From Acidobacteriaceae bacterium (GTDB taxonomy: Bacteria; Acidobacteriota; Terriglobia; Terriglobales; Acidobacteriaceae): 64,000 nt of DNA. Below are positions 30,625 to 38,922 of the stretch, one piece after another (position 1 is the stretch's first letter; each line of letters starts with the position of its first letter). The position numbers and the translations under genes are program-made. The stretch spans positions 4,102-68,101 of the forward strand of contig DASZBW010000022.1 in assembly GCA_035943695.1 (NCBI GenBank), given 5' to 3'. The notes beneath the pieces are model-generated. The model searched no databases and was not told the origin of the DNA. It saw nothing but the letters and a program-made list of their open reading frames with translations.

Positions 30625-31605
30625 ATCCGAAGCATCCATTCCAGACGCTGTATAGCCACGGCACTCCTTGCGCTCACACCGGCACTCACCGGCTGTTCCG
30701 CCTTCCGAAGTGTCGCCAAATATCTGGCGGTCCATAAGCATGCCGTGCTCAAGACCCATCCTCCCGACGTAGTCCTCACCAGCTCCATGGACGAACTGCT
30801 CAAGCAGATCGACAACCGCTATACCGCCGTCGACACCATCACGAGTCGCCAAGTCGAAATGGACCTGTGCTGGGGCGGCGGGACGGACGGCATACAGAAC
30901 TGTTCCAACTTCAGCGGTTACATCGTCGTCCAGAAGCCCGAAAAGATTCTCGTCGTCCTCAAGCTCCCCGTCGTAGGCAGCGCAGCCCTCAATATGGCCT
31001 CAGACGGCAGGGCCTTCAAGATGAAGGTCCCACCCTATAACTGCGCCATCGTCGGCTCCGATGAAGTCACCAGCAGCTCCCAGAAGGGCATCTACGCGCT
31101 TCGCCCCAGCGCAATCCTCGACTCCATGCTGATTCGCGGCATCCGGGCCAACCAGGTCGTCTCCATGACCCAGGACAGCCGCACCCTGCCCGACCCCAAA
31201 AACCGCAAGAGCCTCATGCTCGAACCAGACTACGACATCGAATTCCTCTCCCAGCCTGCCGGTCAGATCGCCAGCACCCTCCGCGTGCTCCACACCAGCC
31301 GAGTCAACCTGCTGCCCTACCGACAGGACATCTACAACCCGGAAGGCAAAATCGTCACGACAGCCTTCTACAGCAACTACCAGAAGTTCGGCGACATCAA
31401 CTTCCCCACAAAGATCGAAATTCAACGCCCGCTCGACGAACTCAAACTCACCATCACCCTCAGCAAGACCGTCTTCAACCAGACCCTGCCGGCGGACCAG
31501 TTCGACATCGATATCCCCGCCACCTACAAAACCTACAAAATGGACGACCCATCCATCGCCGCTACAGTCCCGTGCGGCGCGCATGCGACGCAATCGCCGC
31601 ATTGA
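30625..31605 (+). CDS. LolA/LolB-like (DUF4292-type) lipoprotein; start uncertain (ATC 30625 or GTG 30745)
   Basis: The open frame includes a signal peptide and lipobox LTGC upstream of the GTG. Beta-rich body ending FNQTLPADQFDI. Confidence 0.6.
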   Translation: MRSIHSRRCIATALLALTPALTGCSAFRSVAKYLAVHKHAVLKTHPPDVVLTSSMDELLKQIDNRYTAVDTITSRQVEMDLCWGGGTDGIQNCSNFSGYIVVQKPEKILVVLKLPVVGSAALNMASDGRAFKMKVPPYNCAIVGSDEVTSSSQKGIYALRPSAILDSMLIRGIRANQVVSMTQDSRTLPDPKNRKSLMLEPDYDIEFLSQPAGQIASTLRVLHTSRVNLLPYRQDIYNPEGKIVTTAFYSNYQKFGDINFPTKIEIQRPLDELKLTITLSKTVFNQTLPADQFDIDIPATYKTYKMDDPSIAATVPCGAHATQSPH

Positions 31606-32851
31606 TCTCCAGCGCCAACCCCAGCGCCGCCCGCCCATCCTCCACCGTCACCTCTGGCTCCCGCCGCGTCCGCACCGCCTCCAGAAAAGCCTCAATCTCC
31701 AGCCGCAGCGGCTCCCCCGCCTCCACCGCAACCTTCCGCATCTCCATCCCCCCCGAAGGATGTTCACCAACCCTCTGACCATCCGCTGTCGAACTCTTCC
31801 CCACCCCCAAAACTCCGGGTGCCCCATCCTTCGCAGCCTCATCGCGAAGGGTGGAGTCCAACATCTTCGCCGCGATCTTCCCCAAATCCGCTCCCGTCAC
31901 ATCGATCACCAACAAATCCTGCCGCGCAAAGTCCAGCGAAAGATACTGCCGCGGCTGAAAGAACCGCATCTTCCGTACCCGCTCCGTACTCACCCGGCTC
32001 GCAGTAAAGTTCGCCACACAGCCGTTCTCAAACTCCAGCCGCACATTCGCGATATCCACCTTATTCGACAACACCGGAAGCCCTACCGCCCGAACCTCCC
32101 GCACCGGCACACCTACCAGGTTCATCACAATATCCAGGTCATGGATCATCAAATCCAGCACCACATCGACATCCAGCGACCGCGGCGTAAACACGCTCAT
32201 CCGGTGCACCTCAAAGAACATCGGCTTGTTCAGCAGCCCACGCACCGCCCGCACCGCCGGGTTGAACCGCTCCAGATGCCCCACCTGCACCACGCGCCCT
32301 AGCTTCTGCGACAGCGCCACAATCTCATCCGCCTCAGCCAGCGTAGCCGCCAACGGCTTCTCGATCAGCACATCCACACCCGCCGCCATCAACTCCCGCG
32401 CACAAGCCAGATGATGCACCGTAGACACACAAACCGAAGCCGCCGAAATCCCCCTGAGGCCTCCTCTCTGTTTGTCATTCTGAGCGGAGCGAAGAACCCC
32501 CGCATCTCCTCCCACAGAGCCACCAACCCCGGGTGCCCCATCCTTAGCAGCCTCATCGCTAAGGGTGGGATCCACAAAGCCCGCATCACCTACTCCGGGT
32601 GCCCCATTCATGCGCGCATTTTGCGCATGAGTGGGATCGACAAATCCCGCACCCCCACCCTCCCCCATTAGACACTCAGCAACCGAAGCATACCCACGCA
32701 CCCCAAAGTCCGCCTCAGCCCGCCCTCGAGCCCCAGCATCGGGATCAATCACCGCCGCCAGCTCCACCGGATATCCCGCCACCTCCAGCTCGCGATAAAC
32801 CCGCAGATGGTTCCGCCCGAACGCCCCCGCGCCCACCACCACCACCCGCAT
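31562..32851 (-). CDS. Gfo/Idh/MocA oxidoreductase (possibly GnnA-like UDP-GlcNAc 3-dehydrogenase) with repeat-derived inserts
   Basis: MRVVVVGAGAFG, LIEKP, GHLERFNPA and DLMIHDLD motifs. Start reset to the ATG at 32851. Confidence 0.88.
   Translation of the reverse strand: MRVVVVGAGAFGRNHLRVYRELEVAGYPVELAAVIDPDAGARGRAEADFGVRGYASVAECLMGEGGGAGFVDPTHAQNARMNGAPGVGDAGFVDPTLSDEAAKDGAPGVGGSVGGDAGVLRSAQNDKQRGGLRGISAASVCVSTVHHLACARELMAAGVDVLIEKPLAATLAEADEIVALSQKLGRVVQVGHLERFNPAVRAVRGLLNKPMFFEVHRMSVFTPRSLDVDVVLDLMIHDLDIVMNLVGVPVREVRAVGLPVLSNKVDIANVRLEFENGCVANFTASRVSTERVRKMRFFQPRQYLSLDFARQDLLVIDVTGADLGKIAAKMLDSTLRDEAAKDGAPGVLGVGKSSTADGQRVGEHPSGGMEMRKVAVEAGEPLRLEIEAFLEAVRTRREPEVTVEDGRAALGLALEINAAIASHARRTGL
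31817..31855 (+). repeat. Palindromic element family A, inside the Gfo gene
   Basis: GGGTGCCCCAT-CCTTCGC-N9-GCGAAGG-GTGG. Confidence 0.9.
32473..32662 (+). repeat. Composite insert in the Gfo gene: one family B copy (32473-32505) and two family A copies (32531, 32597; 66-bp period)
   Basis: TGTCATTCTGAGCGGAGCGAAGAACCCCCGCAT is identical to 44339-44371; two GGGTGCCCCAT...GTGGGAT hairpins follow. Confidence 0.9.
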
Positions 32852-32883
32852 TACGGACTGTTCGCCATCCCGCAGTCCGCACT

Positions 32884-32933
32884 CCCCGGCGAGCGGTCCC
32901 GGCTCGCCGGGGTGAAGCGAAGCGGTGGAACCT
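32884..32933 (+). repeat. 11-bp-stem hairpin with a family-B-like tail (family D)
   Basis: CCCCGGCGAGC-N7-GCTCGCCGGGG followed by TGAAGCGAAGCGGTGGAACCT. Confidence 0.6.
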
Positions 32934-33000
32934 CTTTCTCCACCGCCCCCCACAGCTTCCTGTTCCTTGTACCTTACTCCCTGCTCCCTGCCCTCCGGCA

Positions 33001-33213
33001 CTACTTCACCGAACCCTCAACCGCCGACCTGCAACGCCCATACAGCTCCAGCAGCTCCGTAACCTGATCCTCTGCCTTCGCCGAAGCCGCCGCCCCAAAA
33101 CCCACGCCGCCGCTAGCCGCCTTCGCGCCCACATGCGCCTGCGCCGCCACAAACTTTAGCAGATCCAAAGCAATATCCTCAGTCCGCCGAGCTCCATTGT
33201 TCACTTCACTCAT
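33001..33213 (-). CDS. Small hypothetical protein
   Basis: 70 aa, helical ends with a Gly/Ala linker; ATG start; same strand as the downstream Gfo gene. Confidence 0.6.
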   Translation of the reverse strand: MSEVNNGARRTEDIALDLLKFVAAQAHVGAKAASGGVGFGAAASAKAEDQVTELLELYGRCRSAVEGSVK

Positions 33214-33403
33214 CGTCGATTCCCTCTCTCAATTTCCACCCCGATCTTAAAGTCCCACCCCACCCCAAAGCAAATCGCCAATCTGCCACAATGCCTCTCC
33301 ATCCGAATTCCACGCATTATCTCGGGGAACATTCCGTCCTGCATCTCCGTCTATATAGGAAGAACACAACAGCACCGCCGCAGGTTTGCCAGGAGATAAG
33401 ACC

Positions 33404-34630
33404 ATGCCCCGCACGATCTCCCACCCCACGCCACCTGCAAGTTCACTCGCCTCACTCTTCCTTCTACTCGCCGCTTTTTTCACCGCCGTCACACCATACG
33501 CGACAGCCCAGTTCGACGACATCACCCTCGCCACCATCGCCTCCACAGATCAAATACAGCAATGGCTCCGCAGCGGAGATCCCCGCCGAATCGCCTGGGG
33601 AGCCCACTTCGCCCGCGAACAAAACGACCAGCCCGCACTCGCACTCATAGCCCAGATGCTCACAGGCTGGAGAGCTCCGCAAGCATCGCAGGATCAAGCA
33701 TTGCCCAACCGCCCCACATTTGAGCAACAAGCCCCCACCGTTGCCATGCTCGATGCACTCATCCAACGCAACCGTGCGCTGCCGACGGATGCCATCGCAA
33801 CCCTTGCCCCGTTCTTCCCCGCGCAGGCAGCACTCCTCGCCAAAAATCTCTCTGCGACGGACGCAACGCCCCTGCTTCTGTCCTGGTACGCCCATCGCTC
33901 CAGCGACGACCGCGGCAGCCTTGCACACGTCGCAGCCATCATACTCAGCCACTCACCGCCCCCCGCCTTCGCCGCCACTGTCCTCGCCGAATCCGAGGAG
34001 ACGCTGTACATCTCCGTCTTCTCAAAACCCGACGGTCTCGGTTTCGGCTCGGGCGGGTCCTTCATCGGTTCTGGCGTACCCTTGCCACCCCCAGCCTGGC
34101 CACCAGTCTTCAACTATGTCCTCACCGAGGACTTTCAGCAAACACCGCAGACGAAGCCCGCGAAAGCGGACGAATGCCAACCGCCGGCTCCCCCGCCACC
34201 CCGAAGCTTAGATCCCATCTTCGCCGACGCCGCTGGCGATCACATTCGCTACCACCGCTACGACCTGCTGAAGTATCCCAGCGTATCCGGCGGCGTAAGT
34301 GCTCTCAACGACAAAAATCGCCACTACCTGTTAGCCCAGATGCTAGGAGTAACCGACGACCAGATTCCCTGGAATCCCACCACCTTCACCTCCATTGTCT
34401 GGCACAGCGACGGTCAATACCTTACCGAAGCCGCTGGCTTCGCAGCAGCCGAAGAAGCCAAACTCCGCGCCTCCGTCCAGGCCATCGAGTCACACGGCCT
34501 GCTCACGCCCGAAGAAGCCGCCTCCGTCCGCCCAAAACTCTCCATCACCATTCAAGACCTCCGCGAACCCAGCGGCCCACCGCTGCCACAACTGACCTTC
34601 GCGGATCTGCGTACTACCCTCTCCCATTGA
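33404..34630 (+). CDS. Secreted hypothetical protein
   Basis: Long ORF with the local codon bias and an N-terminal signal peptide (..PYATA-QF); no recognised family. Confidence 0.65.
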   Translation: MPRTISHPTPPASSLASLFLLLAAFFTAVTPYATAQFDDITLATIASTDQIQQWLRSGDPRRIAWGAHFAREQNDQPALALIAQMLTGWRAPQASQDQALPNRPTFEQQAPTVAMLDALIQRNRALPTDAIATLAPFFPAQAALLAKNLSATDATPLLLSWYAHRSSDDRGSLAHVAAIILSHSPPPAFAATVLAESEETLYISVFSKPDGLGFGSGGSFIGSGVPLPPPAWPPVFNYVLTEDFQQTPQTKPAKADECQPPAPPPPRSLDPIFADAAGDHIRYHRYDLLKYPSVSGGVSALNDKNRHYLLAQMLGVTDDQIPWNPTTFTSIVWHSDGQYLTEAAGFAAAEEAKLRASVQAIESHGLLTPEEAASVRPKLSITIQDLREPSGPPLPQLTFADLRTTLSH

Positions 34631-34655
34631 CCCACATCCGGCACGGAGCAAGCGT

Positions 34656-35843
34656 CTACTCGATCGATCCAGCCCGCACCCCGCACAAAATCTCATACGC
34701 AATTGTGCCCGCCAGCCGAGCATGATCCTCCGCCGTAACTCCATCCCCCAGCAGCACCACTTCGTCCCCCACCCGAACTCCCTCAATCCCCGTCACATCC
34801 ACCATCGTCAGATTCATCGACACCCGCCCCACAATCTCCGCCCTCCGCACCACCCCATCCGCACCCCGCACCCCTACCCACCCACCACCACGTTCATTCG
34901 TCGATGACAACTCCCGCCGCAGCCCATCCGCATACCCCACCCGCAGCAACGCCACCCGCATGGCGTGTTCCGCAGTAAACATAGCGTTATACCCAAACGT
35001 CTCCCCCGCCACCGCATCGCGCACATCGATCACCCGAGTCTTCCAAGTCATCACCGGCTCCAGTGCCCCCCGCACCCTGCCACGCACCTCACCACCAGCA
35101 ATCGGCAGACAATACCCATACAGCGCAATCCCACACCGCACCATAGCCCGCGCACCCACACTCTTCGCCAGCTCCACCAGCCACCCCGCCTCCGCACCCT
35201 CCGCCGCATTATCCACGCTGGAAGAACTCCCCGCATGAACCCACCCCAGCCTCAGCCCACGCCCCCGCACCTGCGCCACCGCCGCCTCAAACCTCTTCTC
35301 CTGCGCCCGCGTCAACTCCTGGTCCCCAACCTCCGCCGCCGCAAAGTGCGTCATCACCCCATCCACCTCAACCCCGCCAGCCTTCATCGCATCCAGCAAA
35401 TCATCCATCGCCGCGCCGGCACGAACCCCCTGCCGACCCATCCCCGTCTCAATCTCCACATGCACCCGCACACCGGACCCAGCCAGCCACCCCACCTGCT
35501 CCGCAGTCCACACCACCGGCGTCAACCCACACGCCACAATCTCCCCCACATCCTCCCGCAAAATCCCACACATCACCAAAATCCCCGGCCCACTCTCACA
35601 AACGCCCCCAGCCACATCGAGCGCCGCCCTCACCCGCGCTCCCTCATTCGCCGTCCCCACCCCCAGCCACTTCGCGCCAGCCCGCGCCAGCTCCACCGAG
35701 CACAACTCCAACCCATGCCCGTAAGCATTCGCCTTCACCACCGCAAGCACAGCAGTCTCGGCACCGGCAGCCTCGCTCACCACGCGATAGTTCTCCGCCA
35801 GCCTCTCCCGCGAAATCTCCATCCAGCTCGTCATTCGCTCCAC
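34656..35843 (-). CDS. alr: Alanine racemase
   Basis: AVVKANAYGHG (PLP lysine), HVEIETGMGRQG, MTHFA, GYADG, VGRVSM and IAYEILC motifs. Confidence 0.95.
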   Translation of the reverse strand: MERMTSWMEISRERLAENYRVVSEAAGAETAVLAVVKANAYGHGLELCSVELARAGAKWLGVGTANEGARVRAALDVAGGVCESGPGILVMCGILREDVGEIVACGLTPVVWTAEQVGWLAGSGVRVHVEIETGMGRQGVRAGAAMDDLLDAMKAGGVEVDGVMTHFAAAEVGDQELTRAQEKRFEAAVAQVRGRGLRLGWVHAGSSSSVDNAAEGAEAGWLVELAKSVGARAMVRCGIALYGYCLPIAGGEVRGRVRGALEPVMTWKTRVIDVRDAVAGETFGYNAMFTAEHAMRVALLRVGYADGLRRELSSTNERGGGWVGVRGADGVVRRAEIVGRVSMNLTMVDVTGIEGVRVGDEVVLLGDGVTAEDHARLAGTIAYEILCGVRAGSIE

Positions 35844-36527
35844 TCACACACCCGCAATATCCCCCGCCTCCAGCACCTGCTTCGCATACCCATGCTTCGC
35901 CACCGCAAGCATAGCCCTTCCCATCTGATCCGTCGTCGTCACATGCTTCGGAAACATCCGCAGCAACATCGGCAGCACCGGTCGCATCGCCGCATACATC
36001 CCTCGATACCAACCCGTCTTCGAAACAATCCCATCCCGCGGCACAATCATCCCCGGTCGAAACATATACGCCGCCTTGAACCCCATCGACAGCAGCCAAT
36101 CCTCCGTCTCACCCTTCACCCGCGCCCACATCGCTCGCCCATTCGAGTTCGTCCCCGCACCCGACACATACAAAAACGTCATCCCATCCCCGTACACCGA
36201 AGTCGGATTCACCCGCAGCAAAGTCCGCGCCGCCGACGTCGTCATCTCAAACGTCACCCGCCGATACTCCGCCTCCTTCATCTCCACCGCCGAAACCCCC
36301 ACGCAGAACAGGCATGCGTCATACCCCATCAACTCGCCCTCCACTCGCGAAAGATCCGCCAGGTCCGCCGCCACCACCTCACGCACCTTCTCACTCCTCC
36401 GTCCCAACCCCGGCGCCGTCGCCTTCCTCACCACCGACACCACAGCCGTCACCTCCCGGTCCAGCACACACTCCCGCAACACCCCTTGCCCCACCATCCC
36501 CGTAGCCCCAAACAAAATCACCTTCAA
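35844..36527 (-). CDS. NAD(P)-binding epimerase/dehydratase-like protein
   Basis: ILFGATGMVG, YVSGAG, WARVKGETE and FRPG motifs. Confidence 0.85.
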   Translation of the reverse strand: MKVILFGATGMVGQGVLRECVLDREVTAVVSVVRKATAPGLGRRSEKVREVVAADLADLSRVEGELMGYDACLFCVGVSAVEMKEAEYRRVTFEMTTSAARTLLRVNPTSVYGDGMTFLYVSGAGTNSNGRAMWARVKGETEDWLLSMGFKAAYMFRPGMIVPRDGIVSKTGWYRGMYAAMRPVLPMLLRMFPKHVTTTDQMGRAMLAVAKHGYAKQVLEAGDIAGV

Positions 36528-36557
36528 CGCAACCCGTCCTTCCGCCGCACAACTCCA

Positions 36558-36801
36558 GCTTCTAAGTGGTCAAAGCTTCAGAGCTTCCACGTAAGCCAGG
36601 GCTTCAGCCGTGACCTCCGCAGTAGCCCCCTTCAACGCAACATCTAAGCTCTCGCTTCTAGGTAAGCCAAGGCTTCAGCCGTGACCTGTACAGTAGCCCC
36701 TCCAACGCAACATCCAAGCTCTCGCTTCTAGGTAAGCCAAGGCTTCAGCCTTGGCCCTCTCCAGCCTACATACAACGGGGGCTTTAGCCCCTGGGGCATG
36801 C
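36558..36801 (+). repeat. About 70-bp tandem array ending in a complete family C element (36728-36801)
   Basis: Units start GTAAGCCA at 36591, 36662 and 36732, each followed by GGCTTCAGCC; the last continues to GGGGCTTTAGCCCCTGGGG. Confidence 0.85.
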
Positions 36802-36845
36802 TCTCTTCGCTGCGCCACATCAATCCAAATTCCCACACCACCAGC

Positions 36846-38228
36846 CTAATACCCACCCGCATCCCCACCCGTAGCCGCATTCGCGAACAAAGTGTAATCC
36901 GACAGATAAACCAGCTCCACCGTCCCCGTAGGCCCATTCCTCTGCTTGGCGATAATGATCTCCGCCTTCCCCTTCAAATCCTCATTCTCCCGGTCGTAGT
37001 ACTCCGGCCGATGAATAAACGCCACCACGTCCGCATCCTGCTCAATCGATCCCGACTCACGAAGATCGCTCAGCAGCGGCTTATGATCCCCCGTCCTCTG
37101 CTCACTCCCACGCGACAGCTGACTCAGCGCCACCACCGGCACCTTCATCTCTTTGGCCAGCGCCTTCAGTCCACGCGAGATCGAACTAACCTCCTGCGTC
37201 CGATTTTCAAATCCCTTCTTCCCCGTAGGATTCGACCCCGTCATCAGCTGCAGATAGTCCACCATAATCAAATCCAGCCGCCCCTCCTGCTGCTTCAGTC
37301 GCCGCGCCTTCGCCCGCATCTCCGCCAGCGAGATCCCCGGCGTATCGTCGATAAACATCTTCGACTCCATCAGCCGCTCCAGCGCACTCAGCAGTTTGCC
37401 CTTATCTTCCTTCGGCAGAAATCCCGTCTGAATCTTCCGCGAATTCACCTGCGCCTCACTAGCCAGCAACCGCCTTAACAAACTCTCCTTCGACATCTCC
37501 AGCGAGAACACCGCCACGACTTTCCCATCGCGAATCGCCGCATTCTGCGCAATGTTGATCGCCCAGGCAGTCTTTCCCATACTCGGACGAGCCGCAATAA
37601 TAATCAGCTCCGACTCCTGCAACCCACTCGTCATCCGGTCGAACTCGATGAAGTGCGTCGCCAGCCCCGTAATCTCCCGCCCCTGCTCATACAGCTTGTC
37701 GATCGACCCGAAGCTCGAAGCAACAATATCTCCAATCCCCGACAACCCGCGCGAGATCGCCGAGTCCGCCACCTCCGCCAGCAGCGCCTCCACATCGCCC
37801 AGCAGCGTAATCGCGTCTTCCCCATGGTCGCCCGCCCGCGTCCCCGCCTCGTGGAAGATACCCATCAACTGCCGCAGCAGGCTCTTGTCCTTCACAATCC
37901 GGACATAGCTCTCAATATTGAAATTCCGCGGAATCCCCTCCGTCAGGTAAGCCAGATAAGCCGGCCCCCCAATCGAATCCAGCTCCCGCTTTCGCCGCAA
38001 CTCCTCCCCCACCGTCAGCGCATCCACCCCATGCCCGCGCGCCATCAACTCGATCATGCAGCGATACAGCCGCTGGTGCGAATCCAGCGAAAAGTCCTCC
38101 GCCAACAGCCGCGCCGTCGCATCCGAGATCGCCACACCATCCAGCAGCATCGCGCCCAGCACCGCCACCTCAATATGCAGCGAAGCCGGAGCCGCATCCA
38201 ACGAACCCAATTGTGCCAACGAAGCCAT
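36846..38228 (-). CDS. dnaB: Replicative DNA helicase
   Basis: AARPSMGKT (Walker A), FSLEM, VDYLQLM, LSQLSR, DLRESGSIEQDAD and IAKQRNGPTG motifs. Confidence 0.97.
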   Translation of the reverse strand: MASLAQLGSLDAAPASLHIEVAVLGAMLLDGVAISDATARLLAEDFSLDSHQRLYRCMIELMARGHGVDALTVGEELRRKRELDSIGGPAYLAYLTEGIPRNFNIESYVRIVKDKSLLRQLMGIFHEAGTRAGDHGEDAITLLGDVEALLAEVADSAISRGLSGIGDIVASSFGSIDKLYEQGREITGLATHFIEFDRMTSGLQESELIIIAARPSMGKTAWAINIAQNAAIRDGKVVAVFSLEMSKESLLRRLLASEAQVNSRKIQTGFLPKEDKGKLLSALERLMESKMFIDDTPGISLAEMRAKARRLKQQEGRLDLIMVDYLQLMTGSNPTGKKGFENRTQEVSSISRGLKALAKEMKVPVVALSQLSRGSEQRTGDHKPLLSDLRESGSIEQDADVVAFIHRPEYYDRENEDLKGKAEIIIAKQRNGPTGTVELVYLSDYTLFANAATGGDAGGY

Positions 38229-38334
38229 ACCCGATTATCCCCCTCGTCCACCCTGAGCAAAAAGAGCCGCCTTAGTGGGAAATCTCACCATTTCGCAGAA
38301 GTAGATCGCGAAGGTCCTGTGGGGTTCCCAGCCC

Positions 38335-38455
38335 GGTGCCCCATTCATGACAACATCATCGTCATGAGTGGGGTCCGCCGCGTCCGGGTGATAGCCGTCC
38401 GACAGCCGGATACCTGGGTGCCCCATTCATGACAGCACTATCGTCATGAGTGGGG
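38335..38455 (+). repeat. Two family A hairpins upstream of dnaB (38335-38373, 38416-38455)
   Basis: GGTGCCCCAT-TCATGAC-N9-GTCATGA-GTGGGG twice. Confidence 0.9.
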
Positions 38456-38569
38456 GTCTCCGTCGCCACGGTCATAACCTTCCGCCAGCTGATTACTCTG
38501 CACCACCCCCATTCAATGGCATAATGACTCAAACCCCAGGCGCACCAGCCCAACGGAGTCCACCCAACC

Positions 38570-38869
38570 ATGCCCTCCAGCAAGCCACTCGAAATCCCCG
38601 CCGCCGCCACCCGCGACCCCGGCTCCTTCGAAGTCCTCCGCGTATGGATCGCCGAGCAGGGCCAGCACGTCTCCATCCGCTCCGGCGCCTGGGAAGACCC
38701 CTTCGCCTGGGGCATCGTCCTCGCCGATCTCGCCCGCCACATCGCCCTCGCCCAGCAACTCCACACCCCCACCACCGACATCGAAGCCTTCGTCGAGCGC
38801 CTCCTCGAAGGCTTCCACGCCGAAATCGAAAACCCCACCGACGAACCCGAAGGCGAAGTCACCCAATAG
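38570..38869 (+). CDS. DUF5076-like small protein
   Basis: EVLRVWIA...WEDPFAWGIVLADLARHIA motif; strong codon bias. Confidence 0.7.
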   Translation: MPSSKPLEIPAAATRDPGSFEVLRVWIAEQGQHVSIRSGAWEDPFAWGIVLADLARHIALAQQLHTPTTDIEAFVERLLEGFHAEIENPTDEPEGEVTQ

Positions 38870-38922
38870 CCCTCCTCGAAATCTCGCCGCGCTATACTGA
38901 CCCGTCCGCAAAAGAGGTCATC

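Noticed and set aside
36558-36801. CRISPR-like array
   Set aside because: The sequences between the repeats are near-identical to each other rather than unique spacers, there are only 3 units, and no cas genes are present. It is a tandem duplication.
38446-38922. N-terminal extension of the 1280-aa ORF
   Set aside because: It starts inside a family A hairpin and overlaps the DUF5076-like gene. A GTG with an RBS at 38923 is more plausible.
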